This document shows, piece by piece, positions 63,375-64,000 of a stretch of 64,000 nt of DNA. The notes under the pieces were generated by a model. The model was not told where the DNA came from and did no database searches. It saw only the letters and a list, made by a program, of their open reading frames with translations. Position numbers and translations under genes: made by a program. Numbering within the stretch: the first letter of the stretch is position 1; each line of letters begins with the position of its first letter. The stretch is from an uncultured Sediminispirochaeta sp. (lineage in GTDB: Bacteria; Spirochaetota; Spirochaetia; DSM-16054; Sediminispirochaetaceae), in assembly GCA_964632675.1 (NCBI GenBank), contig CAZWDV010000008.1, positions 17,725 to 81,724 of the forward strand. Reading direction: 5' to 3'.

Positions 63375-64000
63375 ATGTCAAAAATTACCTGTCGCATAGA
63401 ACAGAATGATAAAATTCATATAGTTGAAGCTGCTGCGGGCATGCGGCTGCTGGATGTGCTCAATATGCTCGATGAGGTAGAGGTCGACGCTCCCTGCGGC
63501 GGCAACGGGACCTGCGGGAAGTGTAAAGTGAGGGTTGTCTCGGATGGCCGGGACGGCGGTCTTTCAGCGCCCAACGGCGCCGAGCATACCTTCTTAACGC
63601 AAAAAGAGCTGGAGCAGGGGATCAGATTGTCCTGCCGGGCGGTTATAACCGGCGATTGTCACATTGCCATGTTGGATAAAGACCTGGAAGCAGACATTCT
63701 CAGTGATACCGCCGTGTTTCAGGGTGAACTTGATCCTCCAATTGAAAAGACCTACCTAGAATTGCCTGAGCCGTCGATCGACGACCAGCGCCCTGATAGT
63801 GTGCGGATAGGTGAAAGCTTGCTGCTGCTGCGCGGGACCTCCGGCCCTGAAGATCTGCCGCCTGCACTTCCCCTCTACGTACGGCAGCAGCTGCCGGAAC
63901 TGCTGCGCAGCTCAGATTACAAGGTCACTGTGGTGCACAATCACCGAATGATATATGCGGTGCAGGCGGGGGATACCAGCTCCCGGCATTTCGGTATTGC
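63375..64000 (+). CDS. [2Fe-2S] ferredoxin-domain / ASKHA (DUF4445) protein resembling corrinoid reductive activases (RACo/RamA-like). N-terminal ~208 codons; continues beyond the right edge.
   Basis: Absent from the ORF track because it is open at the window edge. GGAGG SD. MSKITCRIEQNDKIHIVEAAAGMRLLDVL...DAPCGGNGTCGKCKV...GIRLSCRA is the CGGxGxCGKC...C plant-type 2Fe-2S signature of this family. The window ends at ...SSRHFGIA, where the ASKHA domain normally begins. Confidence 0.7.
   Translation, partial: MSKITCRIEQNDKIHIVEAAAGMRLLDVLNMLDEVEVDAPCGGNGTCGKCKVRVVSDGRDGGLSAPNGAEHTFLTQKELEQGIRLSCRAVITGDCHIAMLDKDLEADILSDTAVFQGELDPPIEKTYLELPEPSIDDQRPDSVRIGESLLLLRGTSGPEDLPPALPLYVRQQLPELLRSSDYKVTVVHNHRMIYAVQAGDTSSRHFGI

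Noticed and set aside
33661-64000. The lower-GC 30-kb block as a genomic island or mobile element
   Set aside because: No integrase, transposase, tRNA target, flanking direct repeats or phage or conjugation genes. The composition shift is recorded as an observation only.

Overview
Read by eye, this is a 64-kb chromosomal segment of a GC-rich, heterogeneous genome. I did not compute GC; my estimate is 45-50% in some blocks and up to about 70% in others. The gene content suggests a free-living spirochaete-like anaerobe, but that taxonomic guess is inference only. I support 53 protein-coding genes. Two of them run off the window edges and so are missing from the ORF track: a type III glutamine synthetase on the left and a 2Fe-2S/ASKHA corrinoid-activase-like gene on the right. 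I found no rRNA, tRNA, CRISPR array, transposase or integrase.

Layout:
- 1-2.2 kb: glnN with a textbook sigma-54 promoter and a repeat-rich upstream region, followed by a DUF2156 gene.
- 2.4-11.2 kb: pepT, then a tight five-gene operon in which every product is exported (FecR domain, LamG lipoprotein, beta-barrel-like protein, two LPP20-like lipoproteins).
- 11.2-16.5 kb: housekeeping genes (glycerophosphodiester phosphodiesterase, mnmE-mnmG-rsmG).
- 16.5-25.1 kb: an envelope and division neighbourhood. It holds a TM-TPR-Mrr-like protein, an Hsp70-SBD/LysM protein, an Slt-type transglycosylase, uppP and ftsK. Two striking perfect palindromes sit in one divergent promoter gap.
- 25.1-32.3 kb: a very GC-rich block with an ArnE/F-like flippase pair, a GPH transporter, a polyprenyl-phosphate-type GT2, an ATP-grasp ligase and a NitT/TauT ABC system.
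- 32.6-64 kb: a lower-GC accessory catabolic region.

The accessory region holds the most interesting candidates:
1. A putative regulon marked by six copies of a 14-bp TGNATACGTATNCW operator, arranged as three pairs 161-182 bp apart. It ties together an unusual operon (Ldh_2 dehydrogenase, creatininase-family, SDR, FucI-like, HpcH aldolase), a lacI-lactonase operon, three NTF2/SnoaL-like proteins and a sugar-type ABC importer. Next to these sit two tandem M19 dipeptidase paralogues whose active-site motifs have degenerated in complementary ways.
2. A locus of two cytoplasmic GH38 alpha-mannosidases interleaved with a URO-D/MtaA-like methyltransferase-family gene and a RACo-like reductive activase. 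I read this as a possible corrinoid-dependent demethylation route for methylated mannosides.

All functional calls rest on motif recognition in the translated ORFs. No database search was run.
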